Positions 1 through 9,633 of a DNA stretch of 64,000 nucleotides are shown here, piece after piece. Source of the stretch: Candidatus Aenigmatarchaeota archaeon. GTDB lineage: Archaea > Aenigmatarchaeota > Aenigmatarchaeia > GW2011-AR5. The notes under the pieces are model-generated. The model had not been told where the DNA came from. It saw only the letters and a program-made list of their open reading frames with translations, and did not search any database. The stretch covers positions 133,856-197,855 of the forward strand of contig JACPAG010000001.1 of NCBI GenBank assembly GCA_016180945.1, written 5' to 3'. Within the stretch, counting starts at the first letter, position 1. Each line of letters starts with the position of its first letter. A program made the translations under genes and the position numbers.

Positions 1-1008
1 TTCTACGAGGTCGCTGTCTTCCGGATGGTCCGTTTTGTGCGCCACTATTGTTGCCAGTCCGCTTTTTGTCTTATGGAATCTCAGCAGTCTGCTGATATCC
101 ATCTCAATCATTTCGTCCCCGTAGATAACTATAGACGTATTTTTTATAAGCCTTTCAGCGTTTTTTATCGCCCCGCCCGTGCCCAAAGGCTCCTTCTCGA
201 AAACATATGTTATGTTCACGCCAAACTTCTTTCCATTGCCGAAATATTTCTTGATTTTATCGAACAGGTAATGCCCGCATATAACTATATCCCTTATTCC
301 ATACTTTTTCAGCAGCATCATCTGGTGCCACAACACAGGTTTTCCGTTTATCGGAATCAGCGGCTTTGGCAGTTTGTCCGTCAGCGGCCTTAGCCTTTCG
401 CCCCGCCCTCCTGCCAGGATTATAGCCTTGATATTTTTATCGGCTTTTTCTTCTGCCGTTATGAATTTTGCCGCCTCGAAGATATCGGCGCATATGTAAT
501 CCGGTTTCACGTCATACTTGCCGTCTTCCCCGGCATGGCCGGTTTTTACAAGTATCGTAGTGCATCCGATATTCTTTCCGCATTTTATGTCAACCGTCCT
601 GTCTCCTATCAGGTAAGAGGATGAAAAATCTATGTCAAATTTCTTTTTAGCCTTCAAGAGCATGCCCGTATCAGGCTTTCTGCATCTGCATTTTATCCGG
701 TATTTTCTTGCCCAGTCAGGAATATCCGTTCTCTTTTCCGGATGGTGCGGGCAGTAATAAACAGCATCGATTCGCGCCCCGTCCTTTCTTAATCTCTGCG
801 CTATTTCTTTGTTGATTTTCCTGATATCGCTTTCCCTCTGAATGCCTTTCGCAATCTGCGGCTGGTTTGTGACAACAACAACGACAAAGCCCAGGCCATT
901 GAGCATCTTCACCGCCCTGCCCGCATTTGGAAATATCTTAAGGCGTTTGGTTGTCAGCAAATCTTTGTTTATTACGCCGTCCCGGTCCAGAAAAACAGCC
1001 CTTTTCAT
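1..1008 (-). CDS. gmhB: GmhB-type heptose-1,7-bisphosphate phosphatase fused to an NDP-sugar nucleotidyltransferase (runs off the window edge)
   Basis: Manual translation: MKRAVFLDRDGVIN...CPHH...CRKP...GDR continues in frame into IILAGGRGERLRPLTDKLPKP; missing from the ORF track because no stop lies in the window. Confidence 0.85.
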   Translation of the reverse strand, partial: MKRAVFLDRDGVINKDLLTTKRLKIFPNAGRAVKMLNGLGFVVVVVTNQPQIAKGIQRESDIRKINKEIAQRLRKDGARIDAVYYCPHHPEKRTDIPDWARKYRIKCRCRKPDTGMLLKAKKKFDIDFSSSYLIGDRTVDIKCGKNIGCTTILVKTGHAGEDGKYDVKPDYICADIFEAAKFITAEEKADKNIKAIILAGGRGERLRPLTDKLPKPLIPINGKPVLWHQMMLLKKYGIRDIVICGHYLFDKIKKYFGNGKKFGVNITYVFEKEPLGTGGAIKNAERLIKNTSIVIYGDEMIEMDISRLLRFHKTKSGLATIVAHKTDHPEDSDLVE

Positions 1009-1024
1009 AAGCATCATCAAGAAT

Positions 1025-2029
1025 TCACTCTTCCCATGTTTTTACGCCGTCAAAATCAAAGGAAAACGGTATGTGAACCGCCCCTTTCTTTTCAAGCGCA
1101 TCTATAACGCCCTGTTTTTTATGCGGTCTGCAGAGCCAGAAGCCGCAGCCGCCGCCTCCCGCGCCTGAAATCTTGCCGCCGTATGCGCCTGCGTTTATTG
1201 CGGCCCCATAAATTTTATCAATGGATTTTGTCGTCGCCCCGCCAAATGTTTTCTTGTATCTCCATACCAAAGACATAACATTACCGAATTCTTCTAAGTC
1301 GCCTCTCTCTAGTGCCTCCCTGGACTTCAAACCTAATTCTTTTGTTTTTCGAAACGCTTCCAGCGACCCTGATCTTAACTGCTTGCTTATAGTTGTACCT
1401 GCGGTTTTTTTTCTTTCCGCAATGTAGAATAAAGCCAGGTTTTTTTCCAAATACTCGACGATCTTTTTGCTCGCCTTTAACGGGCTGATCTTGACATTCA
1501 TGCTCCTGTCGAATTCCATGAAATTCAGCCCGCCAAAAACAACCGCATACTGGTCCTGCTTCCCTACGCGATTGTTAAGTTTCTCCGTTTCTAATGTGAA
1601 AGCCAGCTCGGCCATCTCCCTTCTTGTCATGCCTAATTTATAGAATCCGTCAAATAATGCGATTACAGCCGCGTATGCGGCAGCTGAAACGCCTAAACCA
1701 GAATGGCGTGGCAGGTCGCTTGACAGGGTTATTTCAAACCCCAGTCCGTCTTTATTCAGCTCCTCGGCAACGGATTTGACCAAATCCAGTCTTCCGTTGT
1801 ATTTTATCGCCGAAGCGTCTGTTATTTCTTTTTCCCTCTTGCCGGAAGACTGCGAAGCTATTACCAGTTTCTTGTTGCCCCTTTCTTTCATCGTCCCGTA
1901 TACGTATTTTGTTATGGCCCCGCTTGTTACGCAGCCTCCCATAACTTTCGCTATTTCCGGCAAATCCGTCCCTCCGCCGGCAAACGATATTCTTGTGGGA
2001 GCTCGGCTGCGCAAAATCATGGTTATCAA
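1025..2029 (-). CDS. hddA: GHMP kinase, D-glycero-alpha-D-manno-heptose-7-phosphate kinase
   Basis: APTRISFAGGGTD, SGLGVS, GKQDQY and GAGGGG motifs; heptose cluster context. Confidence 0.85.
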   Translation of the reverse strand: MITMILRSRAPTRISFAGGGTDLPEIAKVMGGCVTSGAITKYVYGTMKERGNKKLVIASQSSGKREKEITDASAIKYNGRLDLVKSVAEELNKDGLGFEITLSSDLPRHSGLGVSAAAYAAVIALFDGFYKLGMTRREMAELAFTLETEKLNNRVGKQDQYAVVFGGLNFMEFDRSMNVKISPLKASKKIVEYLEKNLALFYIAERKKTAGTTISKQLRSGSLEAFRKTKELGLKSREALERGDLEEFGNVMSLVWRYKKTFGGATTKSIDKIYGAAINAGAYGGKISGAGGGGCGFWLCRPHKKQGVIDALEKKGAVHIPFSFDFDGVKTWEE

Positions 2030-2172
2030 ATCATTCTATTTTACCAAACTTTTTTCTTAAGCGGTATAAGGAGGTAAGAATATAAGCCGCTTCTAAATGG
2101 TGAATTCCAATGTTGTTTACCTGAGCGAATTTTTGAAGATAACTCGTTTCGTCTTACTTCTTCCTGCCATAC

Positions 2173-2868
2173 TTAACTGCTCTGCATTATCTTTCTTATG
2201 TTTTCCAGCCGCTCAAGGGTGTGTATGTCAAAAAACCTCTGGCCCGACACAACATTCCCGAGCTGTCTTGCAGAAATCAGTTGCGGGTAAACGTCTTTTT
2301 CCAGTGAAAATCTCTGCACGCCAATAGAAAAAACGCTTTTTTTGAAAATGCTGACGCCGGCGTCCAGGTGAGTAAAATACGGTTTCGGCTCCGCGTTATT
2401 GTATTCTGTTATTTCCCCGTCTCTGATGCAGACGTTGTTCGGCCTTATGTTTTCGTTGTTGTCATAGACAGTCATCAGCGCGTCTTTCCCGTCCCTCCTG
2501 AACTTATCTATCAGGGCATTGTAATCTATTGGAAGATACGTGTCGCCGTTAAGCACCAGAAAAACATCTTCCAGCAGCGGAAACGCATTCTTGATGGCCC
2601 CGCCGCTGCCCAGCATGTCGTCCTCGGAATATCTGATGTTTACGCCAGACTGTTTTCCGTTGCCGAAGTGCGATTTTATCTGGCTTCCCAGATGGCCGAC
2701 AAGGATCACGATATCGTCTATGCCGTGTTTTTTTAGCGATTCTATGTGATACTCGAGAAACGGTTTCCCGTAGACCTTTAGCATGAGCTTGGCGGTTATG
2801 TGCGTCAGCGGCCTTAGCCGCGTTCCCAGACCGCCGGCGAGTATGACAGATTGCATAGGAATCAACAC
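2173..2868 (-). CDS. hddC: Heptose-1-phosphate guanylyltransferase-like nucleotidyltransferase
   Basis: ILAGGLGTRLRPLT and LNGDT motifs; lies between hddA and gmhA. Confidence 0.75.
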   Translation of the reverse strand: MLIPMQSVILAGGLGTRLRPLTHITAKLMLKVYGKPFLEYHIESLKKHGIDDIVILVGHLGSQIKSHFGNGKQSGVNIRYSEDDMLGSGGAIKNAFPLLEDVFLVLNGDTYLPIDYNALIDKFRRDGKDALMTVYDNNENIRPNNVCIRDGEITEYNNAEPKPYFTHLDAGVSIFKKSVFSIGVQRFSLEKDVYPQLISARQLGNVVSGQRFFDIHTLERLENIRKIMQSS

Positions 2869-2879
2869 GGATTAAGAAA

Positions 2880-3521
2880 TTATACCAGCCCCTTCATGTT
2901 CAGCTTCAGGTTCACGTAAGTCTTTATCATGTGGGCAATGGAGTGATGAACGTCTTCGACGCGTTCCATGTTGTTGCTCTCAACGACTATGCATTCCTTC
3001 ACCACGTCCTTGAGCTTTCCGCCCCCGCAGCCCGTCAACCCGACAGTCATAGCCCCGCACGAATTGGCGTATTCTACGGCGTTTATTACGTTCATTGAGT
3101 TTCCGGACCCGCTTATGCCTATGACAACGTCGCCCTTCCCCACAAGGTTCAGTATCTGTTCCCTGAAGACCTGGCTGTAGTCTATGTCGTTTGTCCATGC
3201 CGTCAATAAAGGCGTATTGTCCGACAAGCACGCAATTCTGAATCTCTTTTCGCCGGGCGCAACAGGCCATATGGTCCCTTTTGCGAGGTCGCAGACCATG
3301 TGCGCAGCCGTCGCAGCCGAGCCGCCGTTCCCCATGATGTACACATAATTCCCTTTCTCGTAAGCTCCCAGAAGAATATCAGCTATCCCCTCGATCTTGT
3401 CTATCGGCAGGCTGTCAAAAGCCCCCTTAAGCTTGTCTATATAGTCTTTTGTAAAGACCTTTATGGCATCGCCGCTTTTCACGCTTTTTATCTCAGCCAC
3501 CGCAGCTTCTTCTATATTCAT
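2880..3521 (-). CDS. gmhA: Phosphoheptose isomerase (SIS domain)
   Basis: GNGGSAA, GISGSGNS and EDVH motifs. Confidence 0.9.
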   Translation of the reverse strand: MNIEEAAVAEIKSVKSGDAIKVFTKDYIDKLKGAFDSLPIDKIEGIADILLGAYEKGNYVYIMGNGGSAATAAHMVCDLAKGTIWPVAPGEKRFRIACLSDNTPLLTAWTNDIDYSQVFREQILNLVGKGDVVIGISGSGNSMNVINAVEYANSCGAMTVGLTGCGGGKLKDVVKECIVVESNNMERVEDVHHSIAHMIKTYVNLKLNMKGLV

Positions 3522-3609
3522 ACTTTTTCATACTCTGCCAACATTTAAATATGTTCTCGTGCAGCATTAGAAATAACACAAATGATATGAATACAGCACG
3601 TGGTATCCG

Positions 3610-3656
3610 ATAATATGGGATACGACACGTGTTAAGCGAAGCGACACGTGGGGTAT
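3610..3656 (+). repeat. A-type hairpin element (TAC/GTA variant) directly before an ATG
   Basis: ATAATATGG-GATAC-GA-CACGTGTT...GACACGTG-GG-GTAT-ATG. Confidence 0.7.
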
Positions 3657-4439
3657 ATGGTAGAAAGGGTAACGATAACAATACGTTCTGACGTCCTGAA
3701 GAAGATAGACAGGATGGTAAAGGATAACGATGCCCGCAACAGGTCCCACGCAATAGAGAATCTGATTTCAAAAGTGCTGGACGATATCGACACGGCGCTC
3801 ATTCTTGGCGGCGGGAAAGTACAAAAGCCCATGATACCGGTGCATAGCAAGCCCGTGCTGGAACATCAGATAAATATGCTGAAGAAAAACGGCATAAGGA
3901 ACATCATAGTTTCTGCTGGTGCCAGCATAAAGGAATATTTTGGAAGCGGAAAGAAGTATGGCATAAACATAACGTACGTCCTTGAGAAAGAGCCATGCGG
4001 CACGTCAGGCGCCCTGTACCTTTCAAAAGGGCTTCTTAAATCAACGTTCGCCGTCCTGAACGTCGACACGCTTATGGAGCCCGATATAAAAGAAATGCTG
4101 GAATTCCACAGGAATAATAAGTCCATGGTCACGATGCTGCTTGTTACGGCCGACAAAACAGACAATGCTGGAGTAGCAGTCATGCGTGGCAATCACGTGG
4201 TGAGTTTTGTTGAAAAGCCCTCAAAATCAAAATCAAAGCTTGTGAATGCCGGCTTTTACATTTTTGAGCCGGCTGTACTCAAGTTAGCCAAAAGAAAAGG
4301 CGCGATAGAGGACGTAATATTCCCGAAACTGGCAACGAATAATAAATTATGCGGGTTTCTCCACGACAAGCCGGTATTCGATGTCGGAACACCCGAAGGT
4401 TATGGCAAAGCCCAGAAAGAATGGAAGGACGTTTATTGA
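3657..4439 (+). CDS. Ribbon-helix-helix (CopG-like) domain fused to an NDP-sugar pyrophosphorylase domain
   Basis: N-terminal ERVTITI...IDRMV...NRSHAIE; ILGGG...KPMIPV and VNAGFY; divergent from the heptose cluster. Confidence 0.75.
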   Translation: MVERVTITIRSDVLKKIDRMVKDNDARNRSHAIENLISKVLDDIDTALILGGGKVQKPMIPVHSKPVLEHQINMLKKNGIRNIIVSAGASIKEYFGSGKKYGINITYVLEKEPCGTSGALYLSKGLLKSTFAVLNVDTLMEPDIKEMLEFHRNNKSMVTMLLVTADKTDNAGVAVMRGNHVVSFVEKPSKSKSKLVNAGFYIFEPAVLKLAKRKGAIEDVIFPKLATNNKLCGFLHDKPVFDVGTPEGYGKAQKEWKDVY

Positions 4440-4440
4440 T

Positions 4441-5080
4441 GGTAACGTTCCGGATTTTACGAAGATGGTTTCAGTCAGTTTGAGCGCACGAAGTAAGCCG
4501 TAAAATCCATGAAGCCTATATTGAAGTATTGTCAAAAACGAGGAGCGAAGCGACGAAGCGTTAGGTTTCGGGCGACACCATAAAGCTTATAAATGTTACT
4601 AAATAGTAATACTAGTGAGTTTATGAATACAATTCTAGGGAACCATGTCCAAGAAGACTTGAGACAACTTGAAAGAAAATTACCTGGCCGTGGTACAGCA
4701 ACCTATCAACTTGCTAGACATGTAGCAGATTATATTTGGCCTAGCATATCACCAGAAGATTTTGTTCATGCATACTTCTTAGCGTTGGGAGATTTACAAA
4801 CTGCCGGGGACAGAAGAAGTACAAAAACCCAGAGACCACCACACGAATTAGTCGGTTGCCCGGCAGAGCTGTACGCTGTTTTAGCACTGGACATACCACA
4901 AATAGCAGATGCTATTTTCCCGGAAGATTTTGCTGGAGAAGTAAAAGAAGTTTTTAGGGGTGGCAGATATAAGATACCATACTAATCCCAATGAAATATT
5001 TGCCCGAAGCACAATGTCACTTAACTCCATATTATGCGTTATGTTTGACTTCTAACGCGCTGATTCTTGTGTTATGCGAA
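4441..5080. mobile_element. Single-gene cassette 1 with attC-like hairpin flanks
   Basis: Right flank 5002-5080 matches 41878-41956 (30/33 identical core plus GTTATGCGAA); left flank shares its architecture with 41046-41199. Confidence 0.6.
4623..4985 (+). CDS. Hypothetical protein (cassette 1 cargo)
   Basis: ORF with its own TATA-like box (CTTATAAAT near 4587); no recognisable motif. Confidence 0.65.
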   Translation: MNTILGNHVQEDLRQLERKLPGRGTATYQLARHVADYIWPSISPEDFVHAYFLALGDLQTAGDRRSTKTQRPPHELVGCPAELYAVLALDIPQIADAIFPEDFAGEVKEVFRGGRYKIPY

Positions 5081-5116
5081 AAATATGACTTTTATTAACC
5101 GCTGTAATAAGTAATT

Positions 5117-5734
5117 ATGCGACTCGTTTCCAGGCTGGAAAAAGACGGCGTTTCACGTCTTATTCTTGACACGCTTGCAATGTCTGTCAGAAAAATAGAG
5201 CCGTTTTACGATACGCTGGAAATAAGCTTCGGCGGCAAGAATTCCGTAAGGATAACCGACTCTGCCGTTTTTATTTCCCTCGACAAGTCAAACGACTTTT
5301 TGATGGAGAGAGACGAAAAAGCAATAAAGGCCCTCGTTCTCAAGTTGGTCGCGCTCGCCGGAACCAGGAGATTAGCCATAAACGTGCCGTTTCTGGAGGA
5401 AATATTGTCGGACAGGGAGCTCATAAAAGACGGCTTCGGAGACGAGCTGTTTTACTACTATTATCTCTCTCTTGCGAACGCCGAAAAAAGCGCCGGCTTT
5501 GAAAAATTTCTTGAAATCAGCATCCCGTGGCTGAGCTTTGCCGGCCTGGATGATTCCTATTCGTCCTTTCTGTTTAACCTTTCAAAAATCTTCAATTATC
5601 GAAAAGAGTTTGAATCCGTGACAAAGGATTTTTTCGAAAAGGTCAGAAAAATGAAAAAAACAGACGTGCAGGCAGTTGCCAAGGCCTATGTCTCTCTTGT
5701 CAGCAAATACAATTCCTCTATAGAGGCTAGTTAA
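5117..5734 (+). CDS. Hypothetical protein
   Basis: 205-aa ORF. Confidence 0.7.
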   Translation: MRLVSRLEKDGVSRLILDTLAMSVRKIEPFYDTLEISFGGKNSVRITDSAVFISLDKSNDFLMERDEKAIKALVLKLVALAGTRRLAINVPFLEEILSDRELIKDGFGDELFYYYYLSLANAEKSAGFEKFLEISIPWLSFAGLDDSYSSFLFNLSKIFNYRKEFESVTKDFFEKVRKMKKTDVQAVAKAYVSLVSKYNSSIEAS

Positions 5735-5747
5735 CAGGGGGAAGATT

Positions 5748-5874
5748 AAAATGGGATACGACTGGAAGGAGCAAAAATTATAATATGGCGATCGACTTTC
5801 GTGCAGAAGCCAAGAGGCTTCTGACGAATCAAGAAAGCAGGGCTTTCTTTATTTTGCCGGAGCAAAAAGGGGAT
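5748..5874 (+). repeat. Tandem A-type elements with a nested B twin-hairpin (5800-5853)
   Basis: Removing 5800-5853 restores TCGAC-TTTTTGC-CGGA-GCAAAAA-GGGGAT as at 27554; ATACGACTGGAAGGAGCAAAAATTATAA recurs near 60042. Confidence 0.8.
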
Positions 5875-6681
5875 ATGCAGATAACAAAATATAAATGGGA
5901 CAACTGGGAGCCGCATTTAGTCCTGAAATCGGGCAATGAAACCAGGAAAATCCGTCTTTTCGGCAATCACTCGTTCGTGCTGGGCCAGAAGACATGCACG
6001 GGATTCTTTTCCGGCGGCAAAAGTTATGAATGCCCGGGAAAGAGAAAGCTGGACTACGGCCAGCAGTGCAACGAATGCAAAATCCGCGACCTCTTCGCGC
6101 TCTGTATGCAGTGCACCGGCGAGAAATGCATAAACGAAAAAAGGCGGGCGGAGTGCGAGAAAGAAAACTACTTTATCTACCTGGCGGCATTCGATTCCCT
6201 GCTCAAAGTAGGCATCTCATACGAATACCGCTTTTTAGAGAGGCTTGTCGAGCAGGGCGCGGATTTCGGCGCCAAGATAGGACGCGTAAAAGACGGGCTT
6301 GCAGTCCGGGACATAGAACAGAAAATAATGCAGAATCTGGACATAGTAGACCGCGTAAGGGGGGCTGAAAAACACAAGATGCTGTTTTGCAACCCCAACA
6401 CAGCAGCAGCCAATATTTCCAGGGCAATCGCGGCCCTTAGGAAAGATTTCAGCCAGTATCTCATCAGGCCGGAAATATACGATATGCGTTCTTACTACAG
6501 GCTGCACAACGTTTTCCTGAATCCGTCTGCAATGGCGATAAAGGACAACACGGAACTGTCCGGCGAAATCGTGGCAGCAAAAGGCAACATTTTTGTTCTC
6601 AGGAAAGGCGGCGAATTTTTCTCGATTAACGCCCATGAGATTATAGGGCGTGAGATTCTGGGCAACGGGCTCTCTATTTAA
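5875..6681 (+). CDS. DUF2797-like Cys-rich protein
   Basis: Cys clusters, IYLA...KVGIS and EQGA; ATG follows the GGGGAT of the repeat, so the first 30 codons of the track ORF are repeat-derived. Confidence 0.7.
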   Translation: MQITKYKWDNWEPHLVLKSGNETRKIRLFGNHSFVLGQKTCTGFFSGGKSYECPGKRKLDYGQQCNECKIRDLFALCMQCTGEKCINEKRRAECEKENYFIYLAAFDSLLKVGISYEYRFLERLVEQGADFGAKIGRVKDGLAVRDIEQKIMQNLDIVDRVRGAEKHKMLFCNPNTAAANISRAIAALRKDFSQYLIRPEIYDMRSYYRLHNVFLNPSAMAIKDNTELSGEIVAAKGNIFVLRKGGEFFSINAHEIIGREILGNGLSI

Positions 6682-6702
6682 AAATTGACTGCTTATTGTT
6701 AT

Positions 6703-6894
6703 TATAATATGGCAATCGACTCGCGGAGTGTAGCGACCAAAAATTACACGCGAAGACCAAAGGTCTTCGGTGCATCGAAGAACTGTTGACAGTTCTTCGA
6801 ATGTAAAATGGCGCTCGACTTCGCGCAAAATACAGAGTATTTTGGCGACTCAAGAAGGCTTTGCCTTCTTCGAGTTGCCGGAGCAAAGGGGAGT
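6703..6894 (+). repeat. Composite of two A heads and two B twin-hairpins (6746-6803, 6822-6875)
   Basis: Removing the B units restores AAAAATTA|TAAAATGGC and CTT|TGCCGGAGCAAAG. Confidence 0.8.
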
Positions 6895-7548
6895 ATGAAC
6901 GTTTTCAAGCACATAGCCGTTTTTAACGGCATAGGCTACGATTCCAACGTTTTCCTGCTGGACGGGGAAATTCTTGTCGACACGGGTTCCGGTACCAGGT
7001 TTCCGATTTTGAAAAAAGGAATAGGGGAAAAATCAGACGCCTCTGAGATAAAAACAATTGTCAATACGCACTGCCACTTTGACCATTGCGGCGGCAACAA
7101 GAAATTCCGTTCGTGGCTGGGCGCGGAAATAGCCGCCCACAGGCAGGACAAGCCGTTTATCGAAAGCGGCATCAATACGATGGCAGAGCTGTTCAAGGAA
7201 AAGCCGCTGGTATCGACTGTCGACAAGGAACTGAAGAACGGCTCCAGGCTTAAAACGGCAAATTTCTCTTTTGAAGTTATAGCCACTCCGGGCCACACTC
7301 CCGGATCCGTATGCCTCTACGAGAACGAGCACAAAATACTTGTTTCAGGCGATACGCTGTTCGAGGACGGCATCGGCCGGGCAGACCTGCCGGGCGGCAG
7401 CAACGCGAAGCTTTACAACTCCTTGGAGAAGCTTTCCAGGTACCATATAAATTATCTTCTTCCGGGTCATGGCAATGTAAAAGTCGGCGGCGTGGATTTT
7501 CTCATAAAACAGATGCTGTCCGCAATGAACAGGGACCTGAAGATTTAA
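6895..7548 (+). CDS. MBL-fold metallo-hydrolase (glyoxalase II-like)
   Basis: THCHFDH, TPGHTPG, GD and PGHG motifs. Confidence 0.85.
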   Translation: MNVFKHIAVFNGIGYDSNVFLLDGEILVDTGSGTRFPILKKGIGEKSDASEIKTIVNTHCHFDHCGGNKKFRSWLGAEIAAHRQDKPFIESGINTMAELFKEKPLVSTVDKELKNGSRLKTANFSFEVIATPGHTPGSVCLYENEHKILVSGDTLFEDGIGRADLPGGSNAKLYNSLEKLSRYHINYLLPGHGNVKVGGVDFLIKQMLSAMNRDLKI

Positions 7549-7568
7549 AAATATTTTCAGTTAATTAG

Positions 7569-7662
7569 TAAAATGGCACTCGACTCAAGCAAAGACCAAA
7601 AGGTCTTTGATGCATCAAAGGCTTCTACAGAAGCCTTTGCTTGAACCGGAGGTTAGGGGAGA
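7569..7662 (+). repeat. A element with nested B (7586-7643)
   Basis: Removing B restores CTCGA-CTAACC-GGA-GGTTAG-GGGAG. Confidence 0.8.
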
Positions 7663-8130
7663 ATGAAGAAAAAGAAAAAAGAATACACGTTCTTTTGGGA
7701 GCAGCCTCTTGAGCAGGCAAAAGAGATAAAGGACCTTTTCAGCGAGCCGTTCGAGTTCAAGTTTACAGTCCCGAGATTCACGTTTCCGGAAATCAGGTTC
7801 GAGAAGACAATACCGGTCAATGTCGCAGAAACAGGCACAGAAATAATAATCAAGGCGGAAGTGCCCGGCTACAAAAAGAACGAGATAAGCATCAATGTGA
7901 CGGAAAACACGATAGAAGTTTCAGCCTTCAGGAAGCAGGAAAAAACAGAAAAAACAAAAGGCGTCTACAGCCAGGAAAAGAGCGCAGGCGCGGTGAAAAG
8001 AGCCTTCACTTTACCGGCAAAGGTCGACCCTGCAAAGGCCGAAGCAAAGCTGGAAGAAGGGCTCCTCATTGTTGTTCTCCCAAAACTTTATCCTGACCAG
8101 AAAAAAAGAAGGCGGCTGGAGATTAAGTAG
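7663..8130 (+). CDS. Small heat-shock protein (Hsp20)
   Basis: AEVPG, RAFTLP and EGLLIVVLPK motifs; C-terminal LEI. Confidence 0.9.
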   Translation: MKKKKKEYTFFWEQPLEQAKEIKDLFSEPFEFKFTVPRFTFPEIRFEKTIPVNVAETGTEIIIKAEVPGYKKNEISINVTENTIEVSAFRKQEKTEKTKGVYSQEKSAGAVKRAFTLPAKVDPAKAEAKLEEGLLIVVLPKLYPDQKKRRRLEIK

Positions 8131-8271
8131 GTTGTTATTTCAAAATTCTTGTTACAATGTACCCGACATATGCTATCAGAACTGCCAAAAGTGAAATTAC
8201 ATAGCTAAGTCCGCTTGCAGGATAGAAAATAATTTCGTAGACTATTAATAAAAATAACGATTTAAACTTGA

Positions 8272-9297
8272 TTAATTTTTATTACATTTTATTATTCTTT
8301 CTTCTTCGTTTACATCAAATTTAACGTCCAAAAACTTCTCGCATACCCATATGTTTGTCAGCGTATGGGCCGTTATTTTCGATACCTTTACCCTGCTTTC
8401 GCCTCTGGCTAAAGCCATGTACGGTATAATCTGGTCGCTCATATGCTCGTCTATCGGCGCATCCGAAGCATGGTTTTCTATTAAATTTGTAATCGCCTCT
8501 TGCGCCACTTTCTCGGCGCTCTTCCCTGGTTCGGCTATTGAATTGCTTCCGATAATAGAGTTCTCATACAGTACAAACAAATCCATCCCGCCGCCGGTAG
8601 AATGCGCATCGACATACTCCGCTTTTATCTCCGGCACAACCTGAAATTCTTTGAACAGCCTTTCTCTGGAATACTTCTGCATCCTCTCCGCGACCTTAGC
8701 CTTTTCCAAATCCTTGCTGGCAACACAAGAACCAAAAACATGCACAGGCTTGCCGCGCTTGACCAGTTCCAGCGGAGCCAGAACAGACGGCAATATTTTC
8801 GCTTCGACTTCGCCCCCGCCCTTTGGGTAGAAACCGTGCCTTATCAGTGTCACTTCTCCTTTATACCCCATTTTCTTTAGTATGTCCAGCGTGGCGTTCT
8901 GGATATACGATATGCTGGGCGCCCACTTGTTTAATGTTCCTCCAATGATTTTTATGTCCAGTTGCGAAGCGCAATGCATGGCAGGTATCATCAGCGCCTG
9001 CAGCACTAGCGCAGCCGAGCCGGCCGTGCCTACGTTTAATGATAGCGACCCGCCTCTTATTTCGTTGGGATAAAATTCTATCGCCGTCGAACCTATTTCA
9101 TTTCCTTTTACCTGTGCATCGCACAGTTTCGCAACCGCGTTCACCGCGGTTGAGTGCTGCGCCCGCAGTCCCTGATTGCGCCGCTTCGCGCGAATGTTAA
9201 TTATTTTGCATGGCTTTCCTGTAACAGCCGATAAAGCCACGGCTATCCGTACTATCGAGCCGCCGCCTTCGCCGTAAGAGCCGTCGATTGAGAGCAT
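8272..9297 (-). CDS. rtcA: RNA 3'-terminal phosphate cyclase
   Basis: DGSYGEGGG, GFYPKGGG, DEHMSDQ and TAHT motifs. Confidence 0.92.
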   Translation of the reverse strand: MLSIDGSYGEGGGSIVRIAVALSAVTGKPCKIINIRAKRRNQGLRAQHSTAVNAVAKLCDAQVKGNEIGSTAIEFYPNEIRGGSLSLNVGTAGSAALVLQALMIPAMHCASQLDIKIIGGTLNKWAPSISYIQNATLDILKKMGYKGEVTLIRHGFYPKGGGEVEAKILPSVLAPLELVKRGKPVHVFGSCVASKDLEKAKVAERMQKYSRERLFKEFQVVPEIKAEYVDAHSTGGGMDLFVLYENSIIGSNSIAEPGKSAEKVAQEAITNLIENHASDAPIDEHMSDQIIPYMALARGESRVKVSKITAHTLTNIWVCEKFLDVKFDVNEEERIIKCNKN

Positions 9298-9366
9298 GAA
9301 AGATACATCAGGCGTAACCTTTAAAAGCCAAATCAGTTTTTAATAGTTTTTTGAGAATTCTATTGG

Positions 9367-9630
9367 ATGCCAACTGCTTCCTCACATGCTGTTTACAGAC
9401 CTCTTAGCCTCCCAGAAAGGGCAAGGGTGGCTGTTAATAGATGGGGTTATTTTATAGTAGACGATGTGCAAGCGCTTCACTTTAATAGATTTCGATGCCC
9501 TGTCGATACTTCTGTTGTTCTAACACCTGTCAAAAGAGTAGAAGGCGATACTTGGTATCTATGGGGTCAGTGCAGGAAATGTGACGGGCATTATCCCATT
9601 TCCACAGAACCAGAAAAACTTAACATCTAA
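9367..9630 (+). CDS. Small hypothetical Zn-ribbon-like protein
   Basis: CPVD...CRKC. Confidence 0.45.
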   Translation: MPTASSHAVYRPLSLPERARVAVNRWGYFIVDDVQALHFNRFRCPVDTSVVLTPVKRVEGDTWYLWGQCRKCDGHYPISTEPEKLNI

Positions 9631-9633
9631 ATG

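Noticed and set aside
5785-5874. MAIDF...PEQKGD as a shared N-terminal peptide (also 6808 and 27547)
   Set aside because: It is the translated A/B repeat; other copies are out of frame or contain stops
5748-7662. CRISPR array
   Set aside because: The repeats are dispersed and nested, with no regular repeat-spacer period and no cas genes in the window
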